From Jatrophihabitantaceae bacterium (lineage in GTDB: Bacteria; Actinomycetota; Actinomycetes; Mycobacteriales; Jatrophihabitantaceae), in NCBI GenBank assembly GCA_036558905.1, contig DATBER010000148.1:1162-65161 (forward strand): a stretch of 64,000 bases of DNA, read 5' to 3'. Position numbers and translations under genes: made by a program. This document shows, one piece after another, positions 40,790-53,203 of the stretch. Each line of letters begins with the position of its first letter. The first letter of the stretch is position 1. The notes under the pieces are model-generated. The model did no database searches, was not told the DNA's origin, and saw only the letters and a list, made by a program, of their open reading frames with translations.

Positions 40790-41836
40790 CTAGCGTCGCT
40801 TCTTGGCCTGACTGGGGCGTTTCCCGCCTGGCCGGTTCGGGCCGCGGTTGGGTCGGGCACCGGGTCGCGGTGTCGTCGTCCGTGGCGTTGAGCTGGATGA
40901 ACTGTTGTCCGAGACCTTGTCGTCGACGACCTCGGCCGGCTTGACGTTGATGGTCCGACCCGGGCGCACCGGCTTCTGGCCCGGCTTCGGGGCGAGCGTC
41001 TTGCCCAGCTCGCCGACCGGCTCCTTTTCCTCGTCCTCGTCGTGCGGGTGGAACTTGTTGATGTAGGCCTGCTGGCCGAGCGTCCACACGTTGCTGGTGA
41101 ACCAGTACAGCAGCACGCCGAGCGGGAAGATCAGGCCGGAGAACAGCACGCTGAGCGGGATGAAGTACAGCATGACCTTCTGCACGGTGGCCGCCGTACC
41201 CTCCGGTACGGTCGCCTGCCCGCGGCGGACCAGGATCTGCGTCAAGAAGGTCGCCGCCGCGCTGACGAGCACTAGCACGATGGTGACGATGCGGGTGGTA
41301 GTCAGGTCGCCACCGAGCTGCGCGATCTTGTCCGCACCGTCGCGCAAAGACGCCGCCAACGGCGCCCCGAACAGTTTCGCGGTCGCGGCGCTGTGCGTCT
41401 CCTGAGCGGTGAACGAATAGAGCGTGAGCTTCGGGTTTCCGGAGTCCACCGGAATGTGCACCGAGTTGGCCAGGTGGCGCAGTACGTGGAACAGCGAGAT
41501 GAAGATCGGAATCTGCAGCAGCATGGGCAGACAGCCCGACAGCGGGTTGAAGCCCTCTTCCTGCTGCAGCTTCATCATCTCGCGCTGCATGGCCTGGCGA
41601 TCGTTCTTGTACTGCTCGCGCAGCTTCTGGATCTTCGGCTGCATCTTCTGCATGTGCCGCTGGTACTTCACCTGCTTGACGAAGAACCGGAACATGAGCA
41701 GCCGGGCAGTGATCACCAGGAAGACGATCGACAGCGCCCAGTTCAGGCCGCTGTCCTTGTTCAGGCCCAGCGCGGTGAACAGCTGGTGCCAGCGCAGCAG
41801 CACCCAGGAGACTGCGGTGTACAGGAAGTCGAGCAC
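40790..41836 (-). CDS. yidC: Membrane protein insertase YidC
   Basis: 348 aa. MQKMQPKIQKLREQYKNDRQ, GCLPMLLQIPIF, basic C-terminal tail. Confidence 0.92.
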   Translation of the reverse strand: MLDFLYTAVSWVLLRWHQLFTALGLNKDSGLNWALSIVFLVITARLLMFRFFVKQVKYQRHMQKMQPKIQKLREQYKNDRQAMQREMMKLQQEEGFNPLSGCLPMLLQIPIFISLFHVLRHLANSVHIPVDSGNPKLTLYSFTAQETHSAATAKLFGAPLAASLRDGADKIAQLGGDLTTTRIVTIVLVLVSAAATFLTQILVRRGQATVPEGTAATVQKVMLYFIPLSVLFSGLIFPLGVLLYWFTSNVWTLGQQAYINKFHPHDEDEEKEPVGELGKTLAPKPGQKPVRPGRTINVKPAEVVDDKVSDNSSSSSTPRTTTPRPGARPNRGPNRPGGKRPSQAKKRR

Positions 41837-41848
41837 GGAACGCGTCTC

Positions 41849-42118
41849 CTAGTAGCTCACTGGTACGGATGGGGCAGGCTGCGCCGAATCGCCAACGAGT
41901 GGCGGTACCGGGTCGTGCCCGCCACGATGCCAAGGGTGGCAGCGTAGTAGCCGCCGGGTGGCCAGGTATCCCCCGCGCGCCAGGCCGAATCGCTCGACCG
42001 CTTCCATCGCATAGGCGCTGCAGGACGGGGTGAACCGGCACGACGGTGGTCGCCACGAGCTGACGAACACCTGCCAGCCACGGATGAGTCGCACGGCAAT
42101 TCGGCTGGCTCGGCTCAT
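41849..42118 (-). CDS. yidD: Membrane protein insertion efficiency factor YidD
   Basis: 89 aa. [14 protein letters not shown] motif. ATGA overlap with the rnpA stop. Confidence 0.85.
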   Translation of the reverse strand: MSRASRIAVRLIRGWQVFVSSWRPPSCRFTPSCSAYAMEAVERFGLARGGYLATRRLLRCHPWHRGGHDPVPPLVGDSAQPAPSVPVSY

Positions 42119-42453
42119 CGCAGCAACCGATCGAACGCGGCGTCGAGGTCGGCGCCGAGCCGGGCCGAGGTCGCCTCGGCCGCATCCGGCAGGGCCCGCA
42201 CGACCACCCCGCTGCCCTCGGGCAGGGTGGTCAGGCGGCCGGCCAGCTGGCCACGCAGTCGCCGGGCCACCCGATGTCGCACGACGCTGCCGCCGACCGA
42301 GCGGCCGACGATCAGCCCGACCTGCGGGGGAGCGCCGGCGGTCAGATCCCGGGACAGGTGCACCACCACGCTGCCGCGGCGCGAGCGCACGCCAGCCCGG
42401 AGGACCGACGTGAAATCGTCAGACCGCCGCATCCGATAAGCGGGCGGTAACAC
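42115..42453 (-). CDS. rnpA: Ribonuclease P protein component
   Basis: GTG 42453 ([14 protein letters not shown], the conserved actinobacterial N-terminus) in the ORF-track 42115..42618 frame. [18 protein letters not shown]. Confidence 0.85.
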   Translation of the reverse strand: MLPPAYRMRRSDDFTSVLRAGVRSRRGSVVVHLSRDLTAGAPPQVGLIVGRSVGGSVVRHRVARRLRGQLAGRLTTLPEGSGVVVRALPDAAEATSARLGADLDAAFDRLLR

Positions 42454-42467
42454 CGCAACCGAGCAGG

Positions 42468-42605
42468 TCAGGCGGAGAGGTTGGCGCGGCCCTTGCGGCG
42501 ACGCGCAGCGATGATTGCCCGGCCGGCCCGGGTACGCATCCGCAAGCGGAAGCCGTGCGTCTTGGCGCGCCGGCGGTTGTTCGGCTGGAAGGTCCGCTTG
42601 CTCAC
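42468..42605 (-). CDS. rpmH: 50S ribosomal protein L34
   Basis: Not in the ORF track (<60 aa). Hand translation of the minus strand gives [45 protein letters not shown], 45 aa. Confidence 0.92.
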   Translation of the reverse strand: MSKRTFQPNNRRRAKTHGFRLRMRTRAGRAIIAARRRKGRANLSA

Positions 42606-43001
42606 GGTGAAGCTCCATAATGATCGTTGCTGTCAGGTACGAACTCGGGACCAGGCTGGCGTCGGATGTGCGGGCAGCACGACGCGGCGTCCACAGCCTG
42701 GGACCGATCCACGGTACGGACCGTGACCGCCCCGGGTCAAACCGCCCCCGAGTTCGCCGAGGCGCCCCGACCCGTGGTCGGCGGTGTGCCGCGCCGACGC
42801 ATGCTGGGCAGTTGTGGCGAATCGCTCAGCATAGTGTGCGTGCCCTGTGGCGCAGCGCAACGACACGCCGGGCGGTGTTGTGGGCCCTCGATGGGCGCTG
42901 TTAGTTTCTGCTCCCGTACCACTCGCCGGTGCGTGGCGAACGGCGTTGCGAACGTGGGAGAGGGGACTCGCAGCCGTTGTCGGCGTCTGCCATACACAGT
43001 C

Positions 43002-43035
43002 TGTGGACGACGTTGTGGACTGAGCGTGTGGAGTC
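43002..43035 (+). promoter_or_regulatory. Three tandem DnaA-box-like 9-mers upstream of dnaA
   Basis: TGTGGACGA (43002-10), TGTGGACTG (43014-22), TGTGGAGTC (43027-35), all in the same orientation at 12-13 bp spacing. Compare the complement of the actinobacterial box TTGTCCACA (= TGTGGACAA). Confidence 0.5.
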
Positions 43036-43145
43036 GACGCGATCCGCCCCCGGTCGGCGTGCGGCGCACCAATGTGCATGAGATGGTCTTAGCGGCCACG
43101 AAGAGCGAAAGACCATCGCGACAGTGGGGGAATGGGACTCGGCTA

Positions 43146-44591
43146 GTGGACGACAGCACCGACCTCGGCGACGTCTGGGCACGTGCCATCGGCCGTCTCG
43201 ATGACGACACCATCCGTCCGCATCACCGCGCGTGGATCGGCCTGACCCGGCCGCTCGGCCTGGTGGAGGACACCGCGCTTCTGGCCGCCCCGAACGAGTT
43301 CGCCAAGGACTACTTGGAGAACCGTCTGCGGCCGCTGATCGCGACGGCGCTTTCCGACGAGCTGGGCCGCGAGATCCGTGTCGCGGTCACCGTGCAGCAC
43401 ACCGACGAGCAGTCCGAGCCGGCGTCCGATCCGCACCTGGACGCGCCGTCACCGCTCGAGGATCTGCCCGACACGCGCTACGACGAGTGGACGCCGCCAT
43501 CGCGCAACGGCACGCCGCAGCTGGCCGACCGGGTGCCGAGCCGGCCGAGCGATCGTGAGGCGCGCCTCAATCCGAAATACACGTTCGACACGTTCGTCAT
43601 CGGGTCGAGCAACCGGTTCACGCACGCGGCCGCGGTCGCGGTGGCCGAGGCGCCGGCCAAGGCGTATAACCCGCTGTTCGTCTACGGCGACTCTGGACTG
43701 GGCAAGACGCATCTGCTCCACGCGATCGGCCACTACGCGCAGCGACTGTTCCCCGGCATCAAGGTGCGCTACGTCTCCAGCGAAGAGTTCACCAACGACT
43801 TCATCAACTCGCTGCGCGACGACAAGATGCAGGCCTTCCAGGGTCGCTATCGCAGCCAGGACCTGCTGCTGATCGACGACATACAGTTCCTGGAACGGGC
43901 CGAGCGCACCCAGGAAGAGTTCTTCCACACGTTCAACACGCTGCACAACGCGAACAAGCAGATCGTCATCAGCTCCGACCGGCCGCCGCGCCAGCTGTCC
44001 ACGCTGGAGGATCGGCTGCGCACCCGGTTCGAGTGGGGACTGATCACCGACGTGCAGGTGCCCGACCTGGAGACGCGCATCGCCATCCTGCGCAAGAAGG
44101 CCTCGCAGGAAGGCATGAATCCGCCGCCCGAGGTGCTCGAGTTCATCGCGACGAAGATCCAGAGCAACATCCGCGAGCTCGAGGGCGCGCTCATCCGGGT
44201 CACGGCGTTCGCCAGCCTCAACAAGCAGGACGTCGAGATGCAGTTGGCCGAGATCGTCCTGAAGGACCTGATCAGCGAGTCGGACAGCCCCGAGATCACC
44301 GCGGCGCACATCATGGCTGTCATCGCCGAGTACTTCTCGGTGTCGATCGACGACCTGACCGGCAGCTCGCGCAGCCGCGTGCTCGTCAACGCCCGGCAGA
44401 TCGCGATGTACCTGTGCCGCGAGCTCACCGACCTGTCGCTGCCCAAGATCGGGCAGACCTTCGGCGGCCGCGACCACACCACGGTGATGCACGCCGACCG
44501 CAAGGTGCGTGGCCTCATGGCCGAGCGGCTGTCGGTGTTCAACCAGGTCGCCGAACTGACCAGCCGCATCAAGTCCCGAGCTCGCGCGTGA
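43146..44591 (+). CDS. dnaA: Chromosomal replication initiator DnaA
   Basis: GTG 43146 ([18 protein letters not shown]) in the ORF-track 42627..44591 frame; in-frame ATG 43083 is an alternative. Walker [21 protein letters not shown]-terminal DHTTVMHA. Confidence 0.9.
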   Translation: MDDSTDLGDVWARAIGRLDDDTIRPHHRAWIGLTRPLGLVEDTALLAAPNEFAKDYLENRLRPLIATALSDELGREIRVAVTVQHTDEQSEPASDPHLDAPSPLEDLPDTRYDEWTPPSRNGTPQLADRVPSRPSDREARLNPKYTFDTFVIGSSNRFTHAAAVAVAEAPAKAYNPLFVYGDSGLGKTHLLHAIGHYAQRLFPGIKVRYVSSEEFTNDFINSLRDDKMQAFQGRYRSQDLLLIDDIQFLERAERTQEEFFHTFNTLHNANKQIVISSDRPPRQLSTLEDRLRTRFEWGLITDVQVPDLETRIAILRKKASQEGMNPPPEVLEFIATKIQSNIRELEGALIRVTAFASLNKQDVEMQLAEIVLKDLISESDSPEITAAHIMAVIAEYFSVSIDDLTGSSRSRVLVNARQIAMYLCRELTDLSLPKIGQTFGGRDHTTVMHADRKVRGLMAERLSVFNQVAELTSRIKSRARA

Positions 44592-44911
44592 CCCCGCTCG
44601 GCCGCCCGGCGATATCACGTCATACACACACTGTGGGCAGTGTTGTGGATGAGCGACCGGCCACTGTGGACAGTGCCGAACATCGCTCGTTCGTCCACCG
44701 ACCCCGACCCGTCGACGAGCGTCGTGCACGCCTATCGTGCACAGTCACACCCCGCGTGTTTACTGGGCGACGTGTAGTTCTCCCCAGAATCCACAACCGT
44801 GACTACTACAGATGAAACTGTTCTTCCAAGAGCTGAACTACAGGAACACCCAGCCAGCCCTTCCTGGGGACGAGGCTTGGACCACAGACTGATTCCACTG
44901 ATGGAGGCGCC
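44592..44911. other. oriC: Chromosomal origin of replication (oriC), dnaA-dnaN spacer
   Basis: DnaA-box-like 9-mers TGTGGGCAG 44632, TGTGGATGA 44644, TGTGGACAG 44665, TCGTCCACC 44691, GAATCCACA 44787. Followed by a 46-nt stretch (44801-44846) of about 41% GC by hand count. The strand bias of flanking genes switches here. Confidence 0.75.
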
Positions 44912-46045
44912 ATGAAGTTCCGGGTCGAACGCGACGCGTTGGCTGACGCAGTGGCGTGGGCGGCCCGGAGCCTGTCCACCCGGCCGACCATCCCGGTGCT
45001 CGCCGGCCTGCTGCTCGACGTCACCGACAACACCCTGTCCGTCTCCGGCTTCGACCTCGAGGCATCCACCCAGGTCGACGTCGAGGTCGCGACGTCCACG
45101 CCGGGCACCGCGCTCGTGTCCGGTCGCTTGCTGGCCGACATCTCCCGGGCTCTGCCGCCGCACCCGGTCGACGTCGCCGTCGAGGGGGCGCGGTTGACCA
45201 TCGCCTGCGGCTCGGCGCGGTTCACGCTGCCGACCATGCCGGTCGAGGACTACCCGAAGTTGCCGCAGATGCCCACCACGGCGGGCACCGTCGACGCCGG
45301 CACCTTCGCGTCCGCCGTCGGGCAGGTGGCCGTCGCCGCCGGTCGCGACGACACGCTGCCCATGCTCACCGGCGTCCGGGTCGAGATCGACGGTCAGAAG
45401 CTCACCTTCGCCGCCACCGACAAGTACCGGCTGGCCGTGCGCGAGCTCAGCTGGAACCCGACCAACGCCACCGAGGCATCGGCCCAGGTGGTCGTTCCGG
45501 CGCGCACCCTGGCCGACGCGGCCAAGAGCCTGGCCCACAGCGACGAGCTGACCATCGCGCTGTCGGCCTCGGCCGGCGCCGGCGACGGCATCATCGGGTT
45601 CACCGGCACCACCGGCGGCCGGGCCAGCCGGGCCACCACGCGGCTGCTCGACCCGCAGTTCCCGCCCTACCGCAGCCTGCTTCCGACCGAGTGGGCGTCC
45701 ACCGCCGAGGTCGAGGTCGCGCCGTTCGTCGAGGCGGTCAAGCGCGTCGCCCTGCTGGCCGACCGCAGCACGCCGGTCCGGCTCGAGTTCGCCGACAACG
45801 CGGTCAGCCTCAACGCCGGCGGCGACGACGAGGGGCGGGCCGAGGAGCAGCTCGAGGTCCGTTTCGACGGCGACCCGATCACCATCGCCTTCAACGCATC
45901 GTTCCTGCTCGACGGCCTGGGCGTGCTCGACACATCTACAGCCAGGCTGTTGTTCCCGTCGGCCAACAAGCCGACCGTGCTGCGCCCGGCCGAGTCGGAC
46001 GACGAGTACTACTACCTGATCATGCCGATGCGCCTGCCGCGCTGA
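44912..46045 (+). CDS. dnaN: DNA polymerase III beta sliding clamp
   Basis: 377 aa. MKFRVERDALADAV, typical three-domain clamp. GGAGG upstream. Confidence 0.95.
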   Translation: MKFRVERDALADAVAWAARSLSTRPTIPVLAGLLLDVTDNTLSVSGFDLEASTQVDVEVATSTPGTALVSGRLLADISRALPPHPVDVAVEGARLTIACGSARFTLPTMPVEDYPKLPQMPTTAGTVDAGTFASAVGQVAVAAGRDDTLPMLTGVRVEIDGQKLTFAATDKYRLAVRELSWNPTNATEASAQVVVPARTLADAAKSLAHSDELTIALSASAGAGDGIIGFTGTTGGRASRATTRLLDPQFPPYRSLLPTEWASTAEVEVAPFVEAVKRVALLADRSTPVRLEFADNAVSLNAGGDDEGRAEEQLEVRFDGDPITIAFNASFLLDGLGVLDTSTARLLFPSANKPTVLRPAESDDEYYYLIMPMRLPR

Positions 46046-46057
46046 GCCGGTGAGCGC

Positions 46058-47206
46058 GTGTTCATCCGGCACCTGTCGGTAGCGGACTTCCGCAGCTGGG
46101 CCAGCGCCGAGGTCGCGCTCGAACCCGGCCCGATGGTGCTCGTCGGGGCGAACGGTCAGGGTAAGACGAACCTCGTCGAGGCCATCGGCTACCTGGCCAC
46201 GCTCGGCAGCCACCGCGTCCCCAGCGACGCGCCGCTTGTGCGGATCGGCGCCGAGCGGGCCGTCACCCGGGCCGCGGTCGTCTCGTCCGGGCGCGAGCTG
46301 CGGGTCGAGGTCGAGATCGCGCCCGGACGAGCCAACAAGGCCAGACTCAACGGCGCGCCCGTGCCCCGGCCGCGCGAGATCCTGGGTGTCCTCCGCTCGG
46401 TGCTGTTCGCCCCCGAGGACCTCGCCATAGTGCGCGGCGACCCGGGCGAGCGCCGGCGTTTCCTGGACGAACTGCTCGTGCAGCGCGCCCCGCGCCTGGC
46501 CGGGGTGCGGGCCGACTACGACCGGGTGCTCAAGCAGCGGGCCACGCTGCTGAAGTCGGCCGGCGCCGCCCGCCGCGGTGGCGGCACCGGCGACCTGCGC
46601 ACCCTCGACGTATGGGACGGACACCTGGCCGAGCACGGCGCCCAGCTGCTGGCCGCCCGGCTCGAACTGGTCGAGGCACTGCGGCCGCACGTGGCCGCCG
46701 CCTACGCGCAGGTGGCGCCGACCAGTGTGCCGCTCGGGTTGACCTACGTCAGCTCGCTCAGCGAAGGCCTCCCCGACGAGCGCACCGCCGAGCTGCTCGA
46801 GGCGGCGCTGCTGGCCGAGCTGGCCCGGCTGCGCCCGCAGGAGCTCGAGCGCGGGGTCAACCTGGTCGGCCCGCACCGCGACGAGTTGCGGCTGCAGCTC
46901 GGCGACATGGCGGTGCGGGGCTATGCCAGCCACGGCGAGTCGTGGTCGACCGCGCTCGCGCTGCGCCTGGGCTCGTACGAGTTGCTGCGCGACGACGCGG
47001 CGGGCTCCGGCTCGACCGGCGACCCGGTCCTGGTCCTCGACGACGTGTTCGCCGAGTTGGACGTCGGCCGCCGCGACCAGCTGGCCCTGGTGGCGGGCAA
47101 GGCCGAACAGTCGATCATCACCGCGGCGGTACCCTCAGACGTCCCCGAGCCGCTGGCCGGTGCCCGATTCGACGTTCATGACGGAGAGATACGTCGTGTC
47201 CGATAA
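46058..47206 (+). CDS. recF: DNA replication/repair protein RecF
   Basis: 382 aa (GTG). Walker [21 protein letters not shown], Walker [13 protein letters not shown]. Confidence 0.93.
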   Translation: MFIRHLSVADFRSWASAEVALEPGPMVLVGANGQGKTNLVEAIGYLATLGSHRVPSDAPLVRIGAERAVTRAAVVSSGRELRVEVEIAPGRANKARLNGAPVPRPREILGVLRSVLFAPEDLAIVRGDPGERRRFLDELLVQRAPRLAGVRADYDRVLKQRATLLKSAGAARRGGGTGDLRTLDVWDGHLAEHGAQLLAARLELVEALRPHVAAAYAQVAPTSVPLGLTYVSSLSEGLPDERTAELLEAALLAELARLRPQELERGVNLVGPHRDELRLQLGDMAVRGYASHGESWSTALALRLGSYELLRDDAAGSGSTGDPVLVLDDVFAELDVGRRDQLALVAGKAEQSIITAAVPSDVPEPLAGARFDVHDGEIRRVR

Positions 47207-47789
47207 GCCCACCCAGAAGGAGACGGACGTCACACAGTTGTCCACAGTGGACAGTGGAAAACCCGTGGAATCTGTGGATGAACCGTCACCGTCAGTGCTG
47301 AATACCGGCAAAGACCTTGCACAGAGTGCTCTTGCCGGGGCCCAGCGCATATCACGGACCAGTCGGCCGAATCGCGGTGGGCGGCGTCGCGAAGCACAAC
47401 GCAAGAGTGGTTACTCCGGGGCCGGGCCGGACGAGCGTGACCCTCAGCCGATCGGCCAGGTCGCGGACGGGCTGTTCGAGGAGCGGGGCTGGACTCGCCC
47501 GGTGGCCGAGGCTCGTGTGTTCGCCGACTGGGCGACCCTGGTCGGTCCCGAGATCGCCGGCCGGTGCAAGCCGGTGAGCCTGCGCGACGGCGAACTGCGC
47601 CTGGCGGCCGAGTCCACCGCGTGGGCCACCCAGTTGCGGCTGCTGTCCAGCACCGTGTTGGCCAAGCTGGTCGCCCACCTGGGCCCCGACGTGGTGACCA
47701 AGTTGCACATCAGCGGGCCTACCGGTCCGAGCTGGAAGCACGGTGCGTGGTCGGTGCGCGGACGCGGGCCGCGCGACACGTATGGATGA
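47196..47789 (+). CDS. DUF721 / DciA-like protein (Rv0004 equivalent)
   Basis: GTG 47196 (GGAGAG 8 nt upstream; 11-nt overlap with recF) in the ORF-track 46923..47789 frame; alternative ATG 47178. [40 protein letters not shown]. Confidence 0.75.
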   Translation: MSDKPTQKETDVTQLSTVDSGKPVESVDEPSPSVLNTGKDLAQSALAGAQRISRTSRPNRGGRRREAQRKSGYSGAGPDERDPQPIGQVADGLFEERGWTRPVAEARVFADWATLVGPEIAGRCKPVSLRDGELRLAAESTAWATQLRLLSSTVLAKLVAHLGPDVVTKLHISGPTGPSWKHGAWSVRGRGPRDTYG

Positions 47790-47796
47790 GGAGCGA

Positions 47797-48396
47797 ATGA
47801 CCGACGACCTGCCCGCCTACTCCGCCACGGTGCTGGCCGGCATCCGAGCGTCCGAAGTGGACGGACGCCTGCCGGCCCCGAGCGCCGACCAACTCGGCGA
47901 CATCTTTGCCTTCGAATCACCCGTCACCACCGTGCCTTTCGACGACGCGACGCTGCCCGAGCCGGCCCGGCACGACGTCACGTCCGACGACTGCAACGCG
48001 TGCCGGTTCCCCGACGAGCGCTGCCTGTGGACGTCGGCGACCTGGCGACTGCGCGCGCCGGACAAGCCCTTCGGCGTGCACGCCTTCTTCCTCGAGCCGC
48101 GTCAGCACGTCGACCAGGACGAGCTGACCCCGGAGCTGGCCGCCGAGCTCGGGCCGGTGATGGTGCGCGTCGAGCAGGCGATCATCGCGGCGGTCGACGG
48201 CGTGGGCCGGGTGCACCTTTGCCGGTGGGGCGACGGCGGCGCGCACCTGCACTGGTGGTTCATCGTCCGACCGGCCGGGCTGTTGCAGCTGCGCGGTTCA
48301 GGCCTGCCACTCTGGATGGACGTGCTGCCGCCGTTGCCCGACGACGTGTGGCGCGCCGACCTGGCCCGGGTGGCCACGGCGCTGGCCGTCGGATAG
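47797..48396 (+). CDS. Hypothetical protein with HIT-like features
   Basis: ATG 47797 with GAGGAG upstream, 199 aa. CNAC Cys pair and GGAHLHWWFIVRP, resembling the HIT His-x-His-x-hydrophobic motif. Confidence 0.55.
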   Translation: MTDDLPAYSATVLAGIRASEVDGRLPAPSADQLGDIFAFESPVTTVPFDDATLPEPARHDVTSDDCNACRFPDERCLWTSATWRLRAPDKPFGVHAFFLEPRQHVDQDELTPELAAELGPVMVRVEQAIIAAVDGVGRVHLCRWGDGGAHLHWWFIVRPAGLLQLRGSGLPLWMDVLPPLPDDVWRADLARVATALAVG

Positions 48397-48457
48397 CCCG
48401 GCGTCCCTGGTTCGGGCGCAGAGCCGCAGCACCCCCATCGCACGTGGGCTCCCGTGA

Positions 48458-50653
<2,196 letters not shown>

Positions 50654-50694
50654 GATATCTGAGACTGCCGAAGCTGGTCCGGAAAGGCACCCGT

Positions 50695-53163
50695 ATGACT
50701 GAAACCACTGGCTTCGACCGCATCGAGCCGGTCGACATCCAGGCCGAGATGCAGCGCAGCTACATCGACTACGCCATGTCGGTGATCATCGGGCGGGCTC
50801 TGCCCGATGTGCGCGACGGCCTCAAGCCGGTGCACCGCAAGATCCTCTACGGCATGTACGACTCCGGGTTCCGGCCGGACCGCAACTACGTGAAGTGCGG
50901 GCGCGTCGTCGGCGACGTGATGGGCAACTACCACCCGCACGGCGACACCGCCCTCTACGACGCCCTGGTCCGGATGGCCCAGCCGTGGTCGCTGCGCTAC
51001 CCGATGATCGACCCGCAGGGCAACTTCGGCTCGCCCGGCAACGACCCGGCGGCGGCGTACCGGTACACCGAGTGCCGGCTGGCCCCGCTGGCCATGCACA
51101 TGTTGGCCGACATCGACAAGGACACCGTCGACTTCACCCCCAACTACGCCGGCAACACCGAGGAGCCGGTGATCCTGCCGGCCCGGTTCCCGAACCTGCT
51201 GGTCAACGGCGCCGAGGGCATCGCGGTCGGCATGGCCACCCGCATCCCGCCGCACAACCTGCGCGAGGTCGCGGCCGGGGTCGTCTACGCCCTCGAGCAC
51301 CCGGACGCCACCCAGGAGGAGCTGCTCGAGAAGCTGATCGAGCTCATCCCCGGCCCGGACTTCCCGACCAAGGCGCTGATCGTCGGCCGCGACGGCATCG
51401 AGGACGCGTACCGCACCGGCCGCGGCTCGATCCGGATGCGCGCCGTGGTGAACGTCGAGGAGGACGTCAAGGGCCGCACCATCCTGGTGGCCACCGAGCT
51501 GCCCTACCAGGTGAACCCCGACAACCTCGTCGAGAACATCGCCCAGCTGGCCAAGGACGGCAAGGTCGCCGGCATCGCCGACATCAACGACGAGTCGTCC
51601 GACCGCATCGGCATGCGCATCGTCGTCACGCTCAAGCGCGACGCGGTGGCCAAGGTGGTGCTGAACAACCTGTTCAAGCACACCCAGCTGCAGACGACCT
51701 TCGGCGCCAACATGCTGGCCATCGTCGACGGTGTGCCGCGCACGCTGCGCATCGACCAGTTCGTCTCGCACTACGTCGAGCACCAGGTCGAGGTCATCGT
51801 CCGGCGCACCCGGTTCCTGCTGGCCAAGGCCGAGGAGCGCATCCACATCCTGCGCGGTCTGCTCAAGGCGCTGGACCAGCTCGACGCGGTGATCGCCCTG
51901 ATCCGCGCGTCCGAGTCGGCCGACACCGCCCGCACCGGCCTGATGGAGCTGCTCGACATCGACGAGGTCCAGGCCACCGCCATCCTCGACATGCAGCTGC
52001 GCCGGTTGGCCGCCCTCGAACGGCAGCGGATCATCGACGAGCACGACGAGATCGCCGCGCAGATCGACGACTACAACGACATCCTGGCCAAGCCGGGCCG
52101 GCAGCGGGCCATCGTCCGCGACGAATTGGCCGAGATCGTCGAGAAGCACGGCGACGAGCGGCGCACCCGGCTGGTCCCCTACGACGGCGACGTCAGCGTC
52201 GAGGACCTGATCGCGCAGGAAGACGTCGTGGTCACGATCACCCGCACCGGCTACGCCAAGCGGACCAAGACCGACCTGTACCGGGCCCAGCGCCGAGGCG
52301 GCAAAGGCGTGCAGGGCGCGGGCCTGAAGACCGACGACATCGTCGAGCACTTCTTCGTCAGCTCGACGCACGACTGGATCCTGTTCTTCACCAACAAGGG
52401 CCGCGTCTACCGGACCAAGGCCTACGAGCTGCCCGAGGCCAACCGCAACGCACGCGGGCAGCATGTTGCCAACCTGCTTGCGTTCCAGCCGGACGAGACG
52501 ATCGCCGAGGTCATCGCCATCCCGAACTACGAGGTGGCGCCGTACCTCGTGCTGGCAACGAAGACCGGGCTGGTCAAGAAGACGAAGCTCACCGACTTCG
52601 ACTCCAACCGGGCCGGCGGCGTCATCGCGATCAACCTGCGCGAGGACGACGAGTTGATCGACGCCGCGTTGATCTCGGCCGACGACGACCTGCTGCTGGT
52701 CAGCCGCCGGGCCATGTCGATCCGGTTCAAGGCCGACGACGACTCGCTGCGGCCGATGGGCCGGGCCACTTCGGGTGTTATCGGCATGCGATTTGCCGGT
52801 AGCGACGAGTTGCTCGCCATGGAGGTCGTACGTGACGAGAACGCCGAGATCCTGGTGGCCACCGAGGGTGGATACGCCAAGCGGACCAAGATCGAGGAGT
52901 ATCCGCAGCAGGGCCGAGGCGGCAAGGGGGTGCTCACGGCGCGTATCGTGTCCACCCGAGGTGGGCTGGTCGGCGCCATCGCCGTCCGGCCCGAGGACGA
53001 GGTCTACGCGATCACGTCCGACGGCGTGGTCATCCGAACGAAGGCTGCGGAGGTCCGCCGGGCACAACGACAGACGATGGGCGTACGGCTGATGAACTTG
53101 CCCGACGGCGTGAACCTGGTCGCCATCGCCCGCAATGCCGACGAGCCGGACGAGCAGGAATGA
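50695..53163 (+). CDS. gyrA: DNA gyrase subunit A
   Basis: 822 aa. [12 protein letters not shown], catalytic-Tyr region AAAYRYTE, C-terminal beta-pinwheel repeats. Confidence 0.95.
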   Translation: MTETTGFDRIEPVDIQAEMQRSYIDYAMSVIIGRALPDVRDGLKPVHRKILYGMYDSGFRPDRNYVKCGRVVGDVMGNYHPHGDTALYDALVRMAQPWSLRYPMIDPQGNFGSPGNDPAAAYRYTECRLAPLAMHMLADIDKDTVDFTPNYAGNTEEPVILPARFPNLLVNGAEGIAVGMATRIPPHNLREVAAGVVYALEHPDATQEELLEKLIELIPGPDFPTKALIVGRDGIEDAYRTGRGSIRMRAVVNVEEDVKGRTILVATELPYQVNPDNLVENIAQLAKDGKVAGIADINDESSDRIGMRIVVTLKRDAVAKVVLNNLFKHTQLQTTFGANMLAIVDGVPRTLRIDQFVSHYVEHQVEVIVRRTRFLLAKAEERIHILRGLLKALDQLDAVIALIRASESADTARTGLMELLDIDEVQATAILDMQLRRLAALERQRIIDEHDEIAAQIDDYNDILAKPGRQRAIVRDELAEIVEKHGDERRTRLVPYDGDVSVEDLIAQEDVVVTITRTGYAKRTKTDLYRAQRRGGKGVQGAGLKTDDIVEHFFVSSTHDWILFFTNKGRVYRTKAYELPEANRNARGQHVANLLAFQPDETIAEVIAIPNYEVAPYLVLATKTGLVKKTKLTDFDSNRAGGVIAINLREDDELIDAALISADDDLLLVSRRAMSIRFKADDDSLRPMGRATSGVIGMRFAGSDELLAMEVVRDENAEILVATEGGYAKRTKIEEYPQQGRGGKGVLTARIVSTRGGLVGAIAVRPEDEVYAITSDGVVIRTKAAEVRRAQRQTMGVRLMNLPDGVNLVAIARNADEPDEQE

Positions 53164-53203
53164 GTGATTAGCGAGTGAGCGGTACGACCAGGCAGGGCGC
53201 GCC

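Noticed and set aside
42448-42453. TTA (bldA-type rare Leu) codon as codon 2 of rnpA, as a possible regulatory signal
   Set aside because: At least one other in-frame TTA occurs in an ordinary gene in this window (55780-55782). TTA is therefore not obviously restricted in this organism, and no inference is justified.
42627-43145. 5' extension of the dnaA frame (654-aa version), and the similar upstream extensions of ORFs 21803, 35597, 34902, 5771 and 6190
   Set aside because: The upstream parts have no protein-like features and cover promoter or operator DNA or neighbouring genes. Conserved N-termini, RBS positions or stop-start overlaps support the internal starts given in the feature list.
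44732-46933. 733-aa ORF antisense to dnaN and recF
   Set aside because: It lies entirely opposite two unmistakable genes. The translation is low-complexity and Arg/Gly/Ala/Pro-rich with no recognisable motif. Long stop-free antisense frames are expected at about 70% GC.
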